From Sphyrna mokarran (Eukaryota), in assembly GCA_024679065.1 (NCBI GenBank), contig JAGIQG010000040.1, positions 10,354,001-10,418,000 of the forward strand: a stretch of DNA of 64,000 nucleotides, read 5' to 3'. The translations under genes were made by a program, and so were the position numbers. This document shows positions 27,201 to 39,300 of this stretch, piece after piece; positions within the stretch are counted from its first letter, which is position 1; every line of letters starts with the position of its first letter. Below the pieces are notes generated by a model, which saw nothing but the letters and a program-made list of their open reading frames with translations, ran no database searches and was not told where the DNA came from.

Positions 27201-27504
27201 CTCCTCTATTTCTCGCGCACAACATCTAGCACACTGAACCTTTCTATTTTGTAATACCTCTGTGTGGGGGGGGGGAAGAAATGTTGCTTTAATTTTCCCT
27301 CTTGTCTCCCAGTGGTAATCTTCGGTCCATGTTCACTTCAATTAATCTATTTAAACTCCAAATATGATCATTTTCTTGATTCATTAAAATGGGAATGAAG
27401 CTGAATGTAATGCTGGGAGCAGCAGCATTCTGTGTATCTGCTCTTCATGCTTTCAGAGTGAGTTCACCCTCACAGGCAGGAAGACTGTTCACGGTGATAA
27501 CATC

Positions 27505-27700
27505 AAACTGGACCCGGTTGTTTCATTCTCAGGTAACAACTTCCTGTTTCATGCTGCCGGTTCCAAACCGCACATCTCACTTCTGAGCAGAAAATAAATC
27601 CAGAGACCACAATCTGGTGAGAACATCTGTCAGTGCGGCCTATATCTGTCGGCAAAATCACACAGATCACATTGCGGTGACATTTACAAATGAGTCTGTT
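27505..27700. promoter_or_regulatory. Candidate lymphoid enhancer (ETS/IRF, RUNX, E-box cluster)
   Basis: ACTTCCTGTTTCA (minus GAAACAGGAAGT) ~27539-27551, AAACCGCA ~27565, GACCACA ~27605, CATCTG ~27624, TGCGGT ~27673, in non-repetitive DNA 2.5 kb upstream of the TM exons. Confidence 0.4.
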
Positions 27701-28214
27701 GTGATCTGCTCAGAGTTTCCATTCCCGGACATAACTGGATGGTCAGTGGATCAGTCACTGACTCCCCCGGGTTCTCTGAAGAAAGATAATGATTAGCTGT
27801 TATTGCTTTAACATTTTCTCTCCATCTTATTTTTTTGTCTTTTATCTGTCAGCACCTGTTGTTCTTTCTTCTAACTCTCCCGTGTTTCTGCCTGACTCTT
27901 TGTCAGTCTTGTGAACTATTATCAATGTTCATAATCATGAAGTTGTGACTGGGTTAATTAAAGAGACAATCATTCAACTTTGAGGACGGTCAGCACCTAA
28001 TGGGCACAAATTCACTTTATTGAGCAGGAAGACAGAAAGATAATTGCTTGCTTTTACAGAAGCGTTGTTATGAGCTTGAAAGGGTGATCAAATTAGATTT
28101 CACAGAAATTTTGAAAAATCAATTAAATATATCCTTCATAGGATTAAAATTTAAAGGGTTTTCGAGAATGGCAGCATTTTAATGGTTCATCTATATCATT
28201 GTTCTAGCACTCTT

Positions 28215-28810
28215 TTTGTATCTCTCCCTCTCTCTCTCTCTTCTCACACACACACACAAACATGGACATAATTGCACAAATATACACACAAATACACATA
28301 CTTATGCATATGCACACAAATACAGAAAGACACAGGTAAATACACACACAAAAGCATACACATATCCCCCACACACAGAAATATGGACAGAGACATTCAA
28401 ATACAGAAACAGAATCACACAAATACACAACACAAACAAATAGATACACAAAAAAGTACAGATACATCCATACATACGAATGCACATTCACGGACCATAA
28501 GTGCACATAATATACGCACAAACGAACGCAAACAAGCACGCTCCCACAATAGGCTATTTGACCGTAAATACACGCAGAGACAAATACTCTCTCTCTCTTT
28601 CTCTGTCCCACAGAGGCACAAAAGCAAAACCATGCACACAAATTATCATATACAAACGTACGCAGAAACACACAAGTACACACACACTTAAACATACGTG
28701 ACTAGGTACACAGACCCAAACACAAACACATGCCTGCAAACAAACAGTATGGCCAGATAACACGCATGCAGATCCAAAACATACAAAAGCACACACATAC
28801 TCTCAAACAA
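28215..28810. repeat. CA-rich low-complexity tract (pure (CA)n also at ~29538-29582)
   Basis: acacacaaatacac-type degenerate repeats; gives spurious C/V-rich and T/H-rich ORFs. Confidence 0.9.
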
Positions 28811-29049
28811 ATACATTTTCTCACATGTTCACGCTGAAGTGAATACAGTTATAGAGACATACAATGTTATACACATGATCACTTATACAGGGAAATACAC
28901 ATAACAATATTAATACACTGCATAAAGATGAACAGAGAGCAAAATATTTTCATGCAAACACGTGGACGCAAACTTTATCATGCTCATACAGAACACAGTA
29001 AATTTTTACAACACCAATTTTAAATCCAACCAAAATATTTGATAGTAAA

Positions 29050-29087
29050 TTCGCGAGCTTTCGACTCTATAGCCTTCGTCAGGCAAA
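29050..29087 (-). ncRNA. Minimal type I hammerhead ribozyme in a short Penelope terminal fragment (~29005-29130)
   Basis: TTTGC-CTGACGA-a-GGCT-atag-AGTC-GAAA-gCTC-GCGAA: stems I and II pair, with compensatory changes relative to the 7.8/8.6 kb copies. Confidence 0.8.
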
Positions 29088-29539
29088 TGCAGTGTTCTGG
29101 TCTGCAATAGCACTCATATCCACACAGACAGAACACCACAGCACACAATACTGCACATGGAAACACACGCATACACTGTCATATCTATCAACACGGATAT
29201 ACATGCACTAACATGTTAACAAATATGCACACAAACACACAGGAGAATAAACACACACAGAAAGGGAAGGAAACATTACTCGAGTGACACAAATTAACAT
29301 ATTGAAATAGGCAGGAACACGTTCACACATTAAGAATGGCATTAATAAATTTACATAAACTTCACACAATAATAATCATATATCCAAAATGTCTGAAGGA
29401 AAAAAATATACTCACAGAGGCAGACACACAACTTCACAAATGAACAAACACAGGCAAATGTACACGATCATTGTTTTTCAAAGACACATATTAACTCAGG
29501 ACCAAAGATTAATGTAGCTCACGAAGTGTTCATGTATAT

Positions 29540-29570
<31 letters not shown>

Positions 29571-30196
29571 CACACACACACAGAATTTTAAATACAAACG
29601 ATAGATAAATTATGAAAGTAACACAGAATTTTAAATATAAACGACAGATAAATTATGAAAGTAAACTTTAGATGTGAATTTGAATAGACACATCCACCGA
29701 CAACTATCCCAATGCATAATGCACCGCCAAACACGTTGAGAAGCTGAATTAAGGTCATGATTTACTAAAATGTCCACCGTTAATAAGCAAAGATCGGAAA
29801 TTACATCCCAACTCTTAAACAGCAACATTCACAGTTTACAGATCAGTCACCATCTGTAAAAACAATCATTGATCAGTGAACGTTCCTCCACATCAGTCAG
29901 AACATTCTTCAATAAGGGCTAGTGGCCAATAGTTCAAAATGAACTGCTTCTCAAGAAAGCATCTTCAGCGTTTTTTGACATGGACTATCCAGGGAATGTC
30001 AGTAAGGATCAGGTGTGAAAATAGTTACGAAAATCGGATACTCAGTGTCCTGAACTTAACTGTAGATACACATTGAAAATTATACAAGAGAATGCATCAA
30101 CATTTTATGAAGGAGAACAGGGAAAAGATAAATAACAATAAGATTCCCTGGATAAATAAAGTAATCTGATTTCAGTTTCTTGTCTCCATCACCTAG

Positions 30197-30324
30197 AACC
30201 CACTGACCACATCTGGACTGACGACAATGAGGATGATATCAGCAACATCTGGACAGCCGCTTCCACATTCATCGTCCTGTTCTTCCTGAGCATTTTCTAC
30301 AGCACTGCCGTCACTCTGATGAAG
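30197..30324 (+). CDS. IGHM: Immunoglobulin heavy-chain transmembrane exon 1 (IgM-type)
   Basis: Acceptor ...ccatcacctag; (E)[42 protein letters not shown] with the conserved W..ASTF..LF.LS..YS..VT antigen-receptor TM motif; donor GTGAGG. Confidence 0.92.
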
Positions 30325-30464
30325 GTGAGGTGATTCCATTCGCTCACATTTCAAACTGGCAGAATGGATTTGAAAAATCTCTCAATGTTTCACTGATTAA
30401 AAACACCAACATTAATGTCCCACATCATAAACATCTGCTTCATTATTGTATTTTTCTTTTTCAG

Positions 30465-30473
30465 GTCAAATGA
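30465..30473 (+). CDS. IGHM: Immunoglobulin heavy-chain transmembrane exon 2 (VK-stop), 3' UTR to AATAAA at 30919-30924
   Basis: ttttctttttcag|GTC AAA TGA completes the KVK cytoplasmic tail typical of membrane IgM. Confidence 0.9.
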   Translation, partial: VK

Positions 30474-31331
30474 TTGAATTTTGGACGCTGCAGGTTTTCC
30501 TCAGCTGATTATGAGATCTCTGTCTGGCTCATATACAATATTGGCTCTTGGTGACTCTATCAGTAAATTTCTCTTTGTTTATCATTCTGAATCTGTAACT
30601 GAATCAATTTATAGACGTAATTTCAGTTTTCAGTGTGAAACGTACGGCATTTTTTGTTATAATGTAATTGTGGTTAACACTTTCCTCACAGTTTATGTAT
30701 CATGTATAATTAAGAAACTTATCTCATTCCTTATTCACTTTTCTTAATTACACTTTCTTTAAGGTCCTGAATTCAGTTTCTGGTGTATGTCACAAATGTA
30801 CAAATATTGACGGATTCCATGTGCATGTGTTCAGTTCTTAATGTGGAGCTCAATCCTTTTATTCAGTTTTCTAACTTTAGGCAATAATGTTGCTATAAAA
30901 TATTCACTTAATTTTTAAAATAAATACTGAATGAGAATTTAACCATCTCTGGTTTGGCTTAATTCCGTTTTCCAAAACCCACCTACTCTGCTCCATTTTC
31001 CCTATTAGAGGGTTTACCCCCTTTCCCAGACAGGCATGTTCCCCCAGTCACGTGTGGGATGTGGTTTAACTCAAGGCCGTTCAATGAAAGTGTTACTCCG
31101 CCACCCAGTGGCCAATCTGTGTAAATACACCTTTATTTCTGCCTTTTTCTGATAAAATCCAGAGACAGAATGAGTGAACAATGAGGAGGCATCGGTGACT
31201 TCACTCATAAACTGATATGTCACTATCCGAGATTCAGGTAATTCTAAAAAAAACAAAAGGCTCTGTTTCATCAAAGGCCGATGCAGGGTAGTGTGTGGAA
31301 GAAGATAGTTTCTTTCACACTGCCCTTAAAA

Positions 31332-32420
31332 ATAGAACATAGAACATAGAACATAGAACATTACAGCACAGAACAGGCCCTTCGGCCTTCGATGTTGCGC
31401 CGACCAATATAAAAAGCAATGCCCCTCCAAACTGAACCATTCCCTTCTCTTCCATATACTTATCAACTAACCTCTTAAACGCCACCAAACTTGGCGCATC
31501 TACAACTGCTGCAGGCAGGGCATTCCACTCCCAACCCACCCTTTGGGTAAAGAACCTGCCTCTGATATCCGTCCTATAACTATCACCCCTTAATTTAAAG
31601 CTGTGTCCCCTCGTGCTAGCTTTTTCCATCCTCAGAAAAAGGCTATCACTGTCCACCCTATCTAAACCTCTAATCATCTTATATGTTTCGATCAGGTCCC
31701 CTCTTAGCCGCCTCCTTTCTAACGAAAACACCTCAAATCCCTCAGCCTCTCCTCATAAGACCTGCCCTCCATACCAGGCAACATCCTGGTAAACCTCCTC
31801 TGTACCCTCCAATGCCTCCACATCTTTCTTATAATGTGGGGACCAGAACTGCACACAATACTCCAAGTGCGGCCGCACTAGAGTTTTGTACAGTTGCAAC
31901 TGACGTTGCGGCTCCGAAATTCAATCCCCCTACCAATAAAAGCTAAGACTCCATATGCCTTCTTAACAACCTTCTCGACTTGACTGCCTACTTTCAGGGA
32001 TCTATGCACATACTCACCAAGATCCCTCTGTTCATCTAGACTACTAAGAATCCTACCATTTGCCCTATACTCTACACATTTATTATTTCTGCCATAGTGC
32101 ATTACCTCACACTTTTCCACATTAAACTCCATTTGCCACCGCTCGGCCCAGCTCTGCAACTTGTCTAAGTCCCTCTGCAAACTATAACACCCCTCTTCAC
32201 TATCTACCACTCCACCGACTTTAGTGTCATCTGCAAATTTACTACTCCATCCTTCAATACCCTCATCCAGATCATTTATAAAAATTACAAACAGCAGGGG
32301 CCCCAAAACAGACCCCTGAGGTAAACCACTTGTCACCGTACTCCAAGATGAATATCTCCCATCAACCACCACCCTCTGTCTTCTACCTGCTAGCCAATTC
32401 CTAACCCAATTAGCTAAAAT
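31332..32420 (-). mobile_element. CR1 LINE, 5'-truncated
   Basis: GLPQGSVLGP, KFADDTK, FSLERRRLRGD; (TTCTATG)n tail. Confidence 0.92.
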
Positions 32421-33029
32421 ACTATTAGAGTCGCTGCAGCATGGGTTAACAGTATGAATCTCTCTATTTTCCGTCCGATGGAATACTTACAAGGCAGACA
32501 TGCCACAAGCTAGATAGAGAACACAGACAGAACAGAGGTCCAAACCGTGAGGTGAAACCCAAGAGACGGAGGTGTATTTCACATAAGCACATACTAGATC
32601 ATAAATTTTCAAATTAGGACGAGTGTTGTGGGATAATTTGAGGTGATCAATGCTGTCTTTAACTACAGAAAGAAAAACTCACTCTTTGTGTAAAGACAAA
32701 ACATTTATTTTGAAAAAAAAAACACAAAATACAACTGTTAGAAGATTAATAGATGGGTTGAGTAGCTCTGGAGTACAGTGTCAGTCCCTTTCCGATGCAT
32801 CTAAAGCGTACAATCAATAACAGATCAATTATACACTCTCCTACCGATCATTTCGGTTTCACATCTGTTTAAAAATCAATTACATTAGGTAAACATACAT
32901 GAATAATAATTCCTGACAAGTTGTTCAGCCAATCGCATTTTACAACGCAGCATAATGATATCTCATCCATCTACTTAAACAGGAGGCTGATTTATCTGTA
33001 ATCAGTACCTGAGAGAATCAGGAAGATGA

Positions 33030-33495
33030 GATAGAGTCATGAAGTCACAAAGGTTTACAGCACGGAAGCAGGTCTTTCGGCCTTTTTTTTAACAAGTAAA
33101 CTAGTCCCAATTGTCCGTTTTTCGCCCATCTCCCTCGATCGCCATCTTACTCATGTAAACTTGTAAGCGCTTTTTAAAGGATAAAATCGTATCCGCCTCT
33201 ACTACTACCTCTGGTAGCTTGTTCCAGACACTCACGACTCTTTGTGTGAAAATAATGTCTCTCTGGACTCTTTTATATCTCTTCCTCCTCACGTTAAACC
33301 TATGCACTTTAGTTTTCGACACCAATGCAGTTGGGAAAAGATATTGCCTATCTAACTGATCTCTGTCCCACATTATTTTATCGACGTCTATAAGATAACC
33401 CCTCAGCTTCCTACACTCCAGGAAAAAAGTCTATCCAAACACGCCTTATAATTCAAACCATCAAGTCCCGTGAGCTTTTTCGTAAATATTTTCTA
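33030..33495 (-). mobile_element. Older CR1 3' fragment
   Basis: FTQRVVSVWNKLP in ORF 33101-33373. Confidence 0.75.
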
Positions 33496-33499
33496 CACT

Positions 33500-35668
33500 C
33501 AGGCGGAGATCCTGAATGAATACTTTGCGTCGGTATTCACGAAGGAGAGGGGCTTGTTGACAGCTCCTGTCTCTGAGGGAGCTGTGGACCAGTTGAGGGA
33601 AATATCCATACCGAGGGAGGAAGTGTTAGAGCTTCTAGGTAGCATTAAAGCTGATAAATCTCCAGGGCTTGATGGCATTTATCCCAGACTGCTTAGAGAG
33701 GTGCGAGGTGAAATTGCTGGGCCTCTGGCGCAAATCTTTGTCTCTTCCTTGGGCACAGGTGAGGTCCCAGAGGACTGCAGAATAACTAATGTTGTACCGT
33801 TGTTTAAAAAGGGTGGTAGGGATAACCCTGGAAATTATAGGCTGGTGAGTTTGACGTCAGTGGTAGGGAAGCTGTTGGAGGGGATTCTTAGAGATAGGAT
33901 GTATAGGCACTTAGAGCATTGCAATCTGATTAGGGATACGCAGCATGGATTTGTTAAGGGGAGGTCGTGCCTTACAAATCTGGTAGAATTTTTTGAGGAG
34001 GTGACGAAAACGGTGGACGAAGGGTGAGCTGTTGATGTTGCCTATTGGATTTTAGTAAGGCATTTGACAAAGTCCCTCATGGGAGGTTAGTCGAGAAGGT
34101 CAAGGCTGATGGGATACAAGGACAGGTAGCTAGATGGATAAGCAACTGGCTTGGTAATAGGAGACAGAGAGTAATAGTGGAAGGGTGTTTCTCTAGCTGG
34201 AGGTCGGTCACTAGTGGTGTGTCGCAGGGCTTGGTACTGGGACCTCTTTTATTTGTAATATGTATAAATGACTTGGAAGAGGGAGTAAGTGGAGTGATCA
34301 GCAAGTTTGCAGACGATACAAAGATGGCTGGACTTGCAGATAGTGATGAGCATTGTCAGGCGATGCAGCAGGACATAGATAGGCGGGTAGCTTGGGCTAC
34401 TAGATGGCAGATGGAATTCAATCCTGATAAATGTGAGGTGATGCATTTCGGGAGAAAGAATGTAGGGGGGAGGTATATGATAAAGGGTAGACCTATTAAG
34501 AGTATAGAAACGCAGAGGGACCTGGGGTGCAGGTGAACAAGTCTCTGAAGGTGGCAGAGCAAGTGGAGAAAGTTGTGAAGAAAGCATACAGTATGCTAGC
34601 CTTTATAGGAAGGGGTATAGAGTACAAGAGCTGGCCTTTAATGTTGCAGTTGTATAAAATGCTGGTTAGACCTCATTTGGAATACTGTGTCCAGTTCTGG
34701 TCGCCTTACTACCGGAAGGACGTGGAGACTCTGAAAAGAGTGCAGAGGAGGTTTACCAGGATGCTGCCTGATATGGAAGGTCTGAGTTACGAGGAGAGAT
34801 TAGGCAAATTGGGACTGTTTTCCCTAGAAAGACGTAGACTTAGAGGAGATCTAATAGAGGTGTACAAGATTATGAAGGGGATAGATAGAGTAAACAGGGT
34901 TAAGCTTTTTCCTAGGATGGACTCAAATAGCACGAGGGGTCACGGGCTTAGGGTGAGGGGGGTAAGGTATAGTTTGGATGCTAGAGGGAGTTTTTTCACA
35001 CAGAGGGTGGTGGGGGTATGGAATGCGCTGCCAAGTAAAGTGGTGGAGGCAGGTACTCTGGAGTTATTTAAGAAACACTTAGATGGGCACATGAACAAAA
35101 TGGGAATGGAGGGGTATAGAAAACTGATTTAAAATAGGGATCATGAGCCTTGGGAGTCCCTGGAAGTGTGTAAATAGATGATGATATTGATGTATTTGTT
35201 TTTATCCTACAGGTGCTTTGGTCCACCTTGTTGTCTAACGAGGGGCATACACGCGATGGGTCGTGAGAGGGCTGCTCTTGGACCTTTTTCGAGAGTATCC
35301 TACTGCTTCACATCGTTAGTGTATGCTTGACCTGGACCATCTGATGGACAACATGACAACACAGTGACTATCGCTGTGCTGTGCAGATACATGGATTTGG
35401 TCCTGTGTCTGTGGGAGTTTGCGCATTCTCCCCGTGCTTGCGTGGGTTTTCTCCGGGTGCTCCGGTTTCCTCCCACATCCCAAAGATATGCTCTTAGGCT
35501 AATTGACAAAACAAATTCTCCCTAAATTGTCTCAAATTTGGTTTTTAATCCATAGATCTATAAACATGGACAGGGATCGCGTGTAGAAGTGGGAACATCG
35601 AGGTGGCGGCGCGGGGTCGTAGGACCGAAGGGCCTGTTTCCCATGCTGTTTTGTTCTTTGTTCTTTCT
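33500..35668 (+). mobile_element. CR1 LINE, 5'-truncated, RT with stop and frameshift, long 3' UTR with embedded V-SINE
   Basis: ORFs 33470-34027, 34045-34536 and 34527-35132 tile CR1 ORF2; tail ttctttg repeats. Confidence 0.93.
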
Positions 35669-35994
35669 TGTTTATTCATATCCTTTCTATAATAGGGTGA
35701 CCAGAATCATGCTGAATTCCTAGAACTCTTTGTCTCACCATTCATAGTTCACCTTCTTCTTGATAGAAAAGAGAAATTTCGGTAACTCCTTCATCCCTGA
35801 TCTTCTCTTGCCTTACACATACAGCCCTAGTAGACAGGGATTCAGCCTTATCAGGTCTTGACCTTTTCCCGTCTTATTCATTTCTTAGTTTATGCAGAGT
35901 CAGCTTTCGTTATTTTGAACCAAATAGTTGACCAATTTTCCCATCATGCCATTACTTCATTCATACAACTTCACAACAGGACTAAGTCAGTTCA

Positions 35995-36667
35995 GCTTTG
36001 TCAAGGGAAGCTCATGTCTGGCACATCTGTTAGAGTTCTTTGAAGAGGTAACAAGGAAGTTAGATAGGGAGAACGAGTGGACCTGATTTATTTCAATTTA
36101 CAGAAGGCCATTGATAAGGCACAGCAGAGGAGACTTCTAAATAAGTTAAATCGCAATGGTGTTGAGAGCAAGATCCTGGTATGGCTAGAGGATTGGCTGT
36201 CTGGCAGCAGGCAGAAATTGGGCATGAAGTGATCTGTTTTCAGGATGGCAGCCAGTGACTAGTGGTGTGCCTCAGGGGCCGGTGCTGGGAACACAACTTT
36301 TCACAATGTACATTAAAGAATTGGAAGAACGAAATGAAGGCACTATTGCTAAATTTGCAGGTCATACAAAGATATGTAGAGTGACAGCGAGTGTTGAGGA
36401 ACTCGGGCAAGAGAGGGGTGGGGGCTGGAGGACTGAGACAGGCCAGAGACTGGGCAAGGAGGTGGCAGATGGAATACAATGAGGAAAAGTGTAAGATTAC
36501 GCACTTTGGAAGGAGGAATGGAGGCATAGACTTTTCTAAATGGGGAAATACTTACAAAATCAGATGCACAAGGTATTTGGGAGTCCTTGTTCAACATTCT
36601 AAAGGTTAACCTGAAGGTTCAATTGGCAGTTAGAAAGGCAAATGGAATGCTGGCATTCGTGTCGAAT
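35995..36667 (+). mobile_element. Old CR1 RT fragment
   Basis: TSGVPQGPVLG; WARRWQMEYNEEKC..HFGR. Confidence 0.8.
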
Positions 36668-36785
36668 GGGCTCATACCAGGCTCGGGCTCATACCAGGCT
36701 CAGGCCCGCACCAGGCTCGGGTCCGCACCAGGCTCGGGTCCTCACCAGGCTCGGGCCCACACCAGGCTCAGATCCACTCAGGTTC
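36668..36785. repeat. 17-bp GC-rich minisatellite (~6-7 copies, GGGCYCRYACCAGGCTC)
   Basis: gggctcataccaggctc gggctcataccaggctc aggcccgcaccaggctc ... at the junction of two opposite CR1 fragments. Confidence 0.85.
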
Positions 36786-36889
36786 AGACAGACGCGGTTC
36801 AGATTCACACAAGTTGTGGACTCAGGCGAAGTTCAGAGTTACACAAAGTTCGGACGCAGACCTTGTACCGACTCATTTCAACTTCACAA

Positions 36890-37950
36890 TCATAGAATTA
36901 TTGAAATATGGTGAAAAGGAGTAGGGCATTCATTCTTTCGACCCTGCTCCGCCATTCAGTTTGATCATACCTCATCATCAACTTCAATATCCTGACCAAC
37001 CGTTCCTCCCATATCCTTGATCAATTTAGCCCCAAGAGTTATACATCATTTCTTCCTGAAAATACTAAAGATTTTGGCCTCAAATACTTTCTGCGGTTGT
37101 GGAGTCCAAAGGTGATTTGGGTGGAAAAAAATTCTCCTCATCTCTGTTCGAAAAGGTTGATGCTTATCCTCAAACTTCATGAAGCTTAGTCCTCAACTTC
37201 CTGAGCATCGGGGACATTCTTTCTGAATCGCCCCTGGCTAAACCTGTTCCAGTATTGTATGTTTCACCGTAGTAACATCCAATGAATAAAGCCCTAACCG
37301 AGTTTGTCTCTCTTCATATCACAGATTGTTATCCCAGGAATCGGCCTGGTAAACAGATGCCGTACTCCCCCTGTGCAAGAACATCCTTCCTCAGATAAGG
37401 ACACCAAAACTATACACAATACTCAAAATATGGCCTCAGCAATGCCCTGTATAAATGAGGTGACACATCTCTATTCCTGTACTCAAATCTTCTCCCTTTG
37501 ATGGTCATCTTACCATTGGCCTTCTTTACTGCCTGTTGTACATGCGCGCTTACTCTCAGTTACTCATGCATACAGGCAACAAGGTCTTGCTAAGTAGCTA
37601 CCTCTCTCAATTTACACTCATTCAGATAATAATCTTTCTTCCTATTATTGCTGGAAAGAGATAATCTCACACTAACCCACATTTTACTGCAACTGCTTTG
37701 CACATGGCCAACACATTGAACCTGTTCAGAAGACACTGAAGCATGTCTGCAGATTTCTCATAGCTCAATCGCATTTACCTTTTATCATCTGCAAATTTCG
37801 GAATAATGCATTTAGTTCCATTTTCAGATTAATTAATACATAATGTGAACAGTTATGTCCGTGCACAGATTCCTGCAGTACTCCATTAAACACTGAATGG
37901 CAACTCTTTGCTTTCTGGTAACTAGCGTTCTATTCATATCAAAACAAAGC
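36890..37950 (-). mobile_element. Old CR1 fragment
   Basis: CR1 tail (ggagtagggcattc..cctgctccgccattca) and tcatctgcaaattt (KFADD on minus). Confidence 0.7.
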
Positions 37951-38749
37951 CTGCAATCCCATGTCTTTCACTTACATGATAGTGTGTATATGAGACCATG
38001 TCGAAATCCTTCTGAAAGCCTCAATAAAACATCAGCTGAAGTCACTTTCTGAGCTGTAATGTCTCGGAGATTCCTGCCTGCACTGGATCTGCTTGTAAGG
38101 GACACAAGGCACAATAACACTACTCTATCCATTTCCCCAAACTTCCACACTTATCCCAAAACTCAGTGCTTCACTCATTGCAGATTCGAACTCTCTGTGG
38201 AGCTCCCTGAGTGGGTAGATTTCACAGGTCTCAGTTCGGTAGTTTACCTTTGCTCTTGTCCAACTCATGAACCTATCTGAAGTAATTACACAGCCCGCCC
38301 CTCCCCTCCCCGCCCCCCCAGGTCTGAGTAACCACCGAGGGCTGACGGTCTTGAAAGCCTTTTCTAGAGTTTTCAATGCTGGGTTTGGTTCCTCCTGCTC
38401 AGCCTCGGAAGTGAGTGGGGTTCAGCAGACCGGAGCTTACCTCTTCCACCATGAGCGCTGTGGCCAGAGTTCGCTTTATCGGGAAACAACGTATTCGAGA
38501 GGCTAAACCCACTGTATCCATTTTAGAGTCCGAGTTATCACTGGCGGAGTTGGAGAGCAAGAACCAGACTGCCTGGAATTCTTTCCAAAATCCCATGTGT
38601 ACCTGGAATTGATTTTTCCTGCATGGGGTTTGATGGCTTCTAGATGGTTGAAGCATTCCCATAGGATGATATCTTCCAAGTGGACTTGATAGAAAACTGA
38701 CCCAAACGTGCTTCATAATCAAGCGGATCTATTTCCATGAATCTTTACT

Positions 38750-39300
38750 AATAACCTATCGAATGCCAATTGGTGGGAGTGGCACTGGGCGTCAACTCCC
38801 GCTTTCAGAGATCGGACTTAACTTTGGGTGGCATGATCTTCTCGTGAGCAATTCTGCTTGGGCTATTCCAGTTGTTGAAGGTGGGGCCTGTGGTTTGAAG
38901 AGGAATCTGAATGGTTTGGTGTCCAAGGAGGCGGTGGGATGATTTTTTGAACTTGTTTTTACTGTTTGGGCGGCTCTTTCTGCCAGACCGTTGGATGACG
39001 GGTGAATGTGGCACCGTCCTAACGTGTCAAATTCTGCTCAACTTCATGCAATGCACAAATTACTGGCTGATGGAGGCTGGTCTATTTTCAGAAACAAACA
39101 CCTGTGGGACGCCAGGTGTCAAACGAGGTGTGAACTTTTTCCAATCTTGTTTGATTAACTCATGTGTGTAAGGCCATCCGTTTTGAAGCAGCTCCTACCA
39201 TTATCAGGAACATAGACCCTATGAACAGTTCAGCACTGCCCATGTGTAGCCACGTCTACGGACGTCCCAACCATCCCCAAGTGTGAAGATAGTGACTGGG
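38750..39300 (-). mobile_element. Ty3/Gypsy LTR-retrotransposon integrase remnant
   Basis: Minus-strand translation gives WGWLGRP*TWLHM and HPSSNGLAERAAQTVK...RFLF...TTGIAQAELL, matching the Gypsy integrase core pattern. Confidence 0.8.

Noticed and set aside
28204-28796. Cys/Val-rich and Thr/His-rich ORFs
   Set aside because: Artefacts of the CA-rich tract.
35185-35213. Strong splice-acceptor-like sequence (ttgtttttatcctacag) in the CR1 3' UTR
   Set aside because: Absent from the diverged copy at 3.9 kb and no partner donor identified; no evidence of use.
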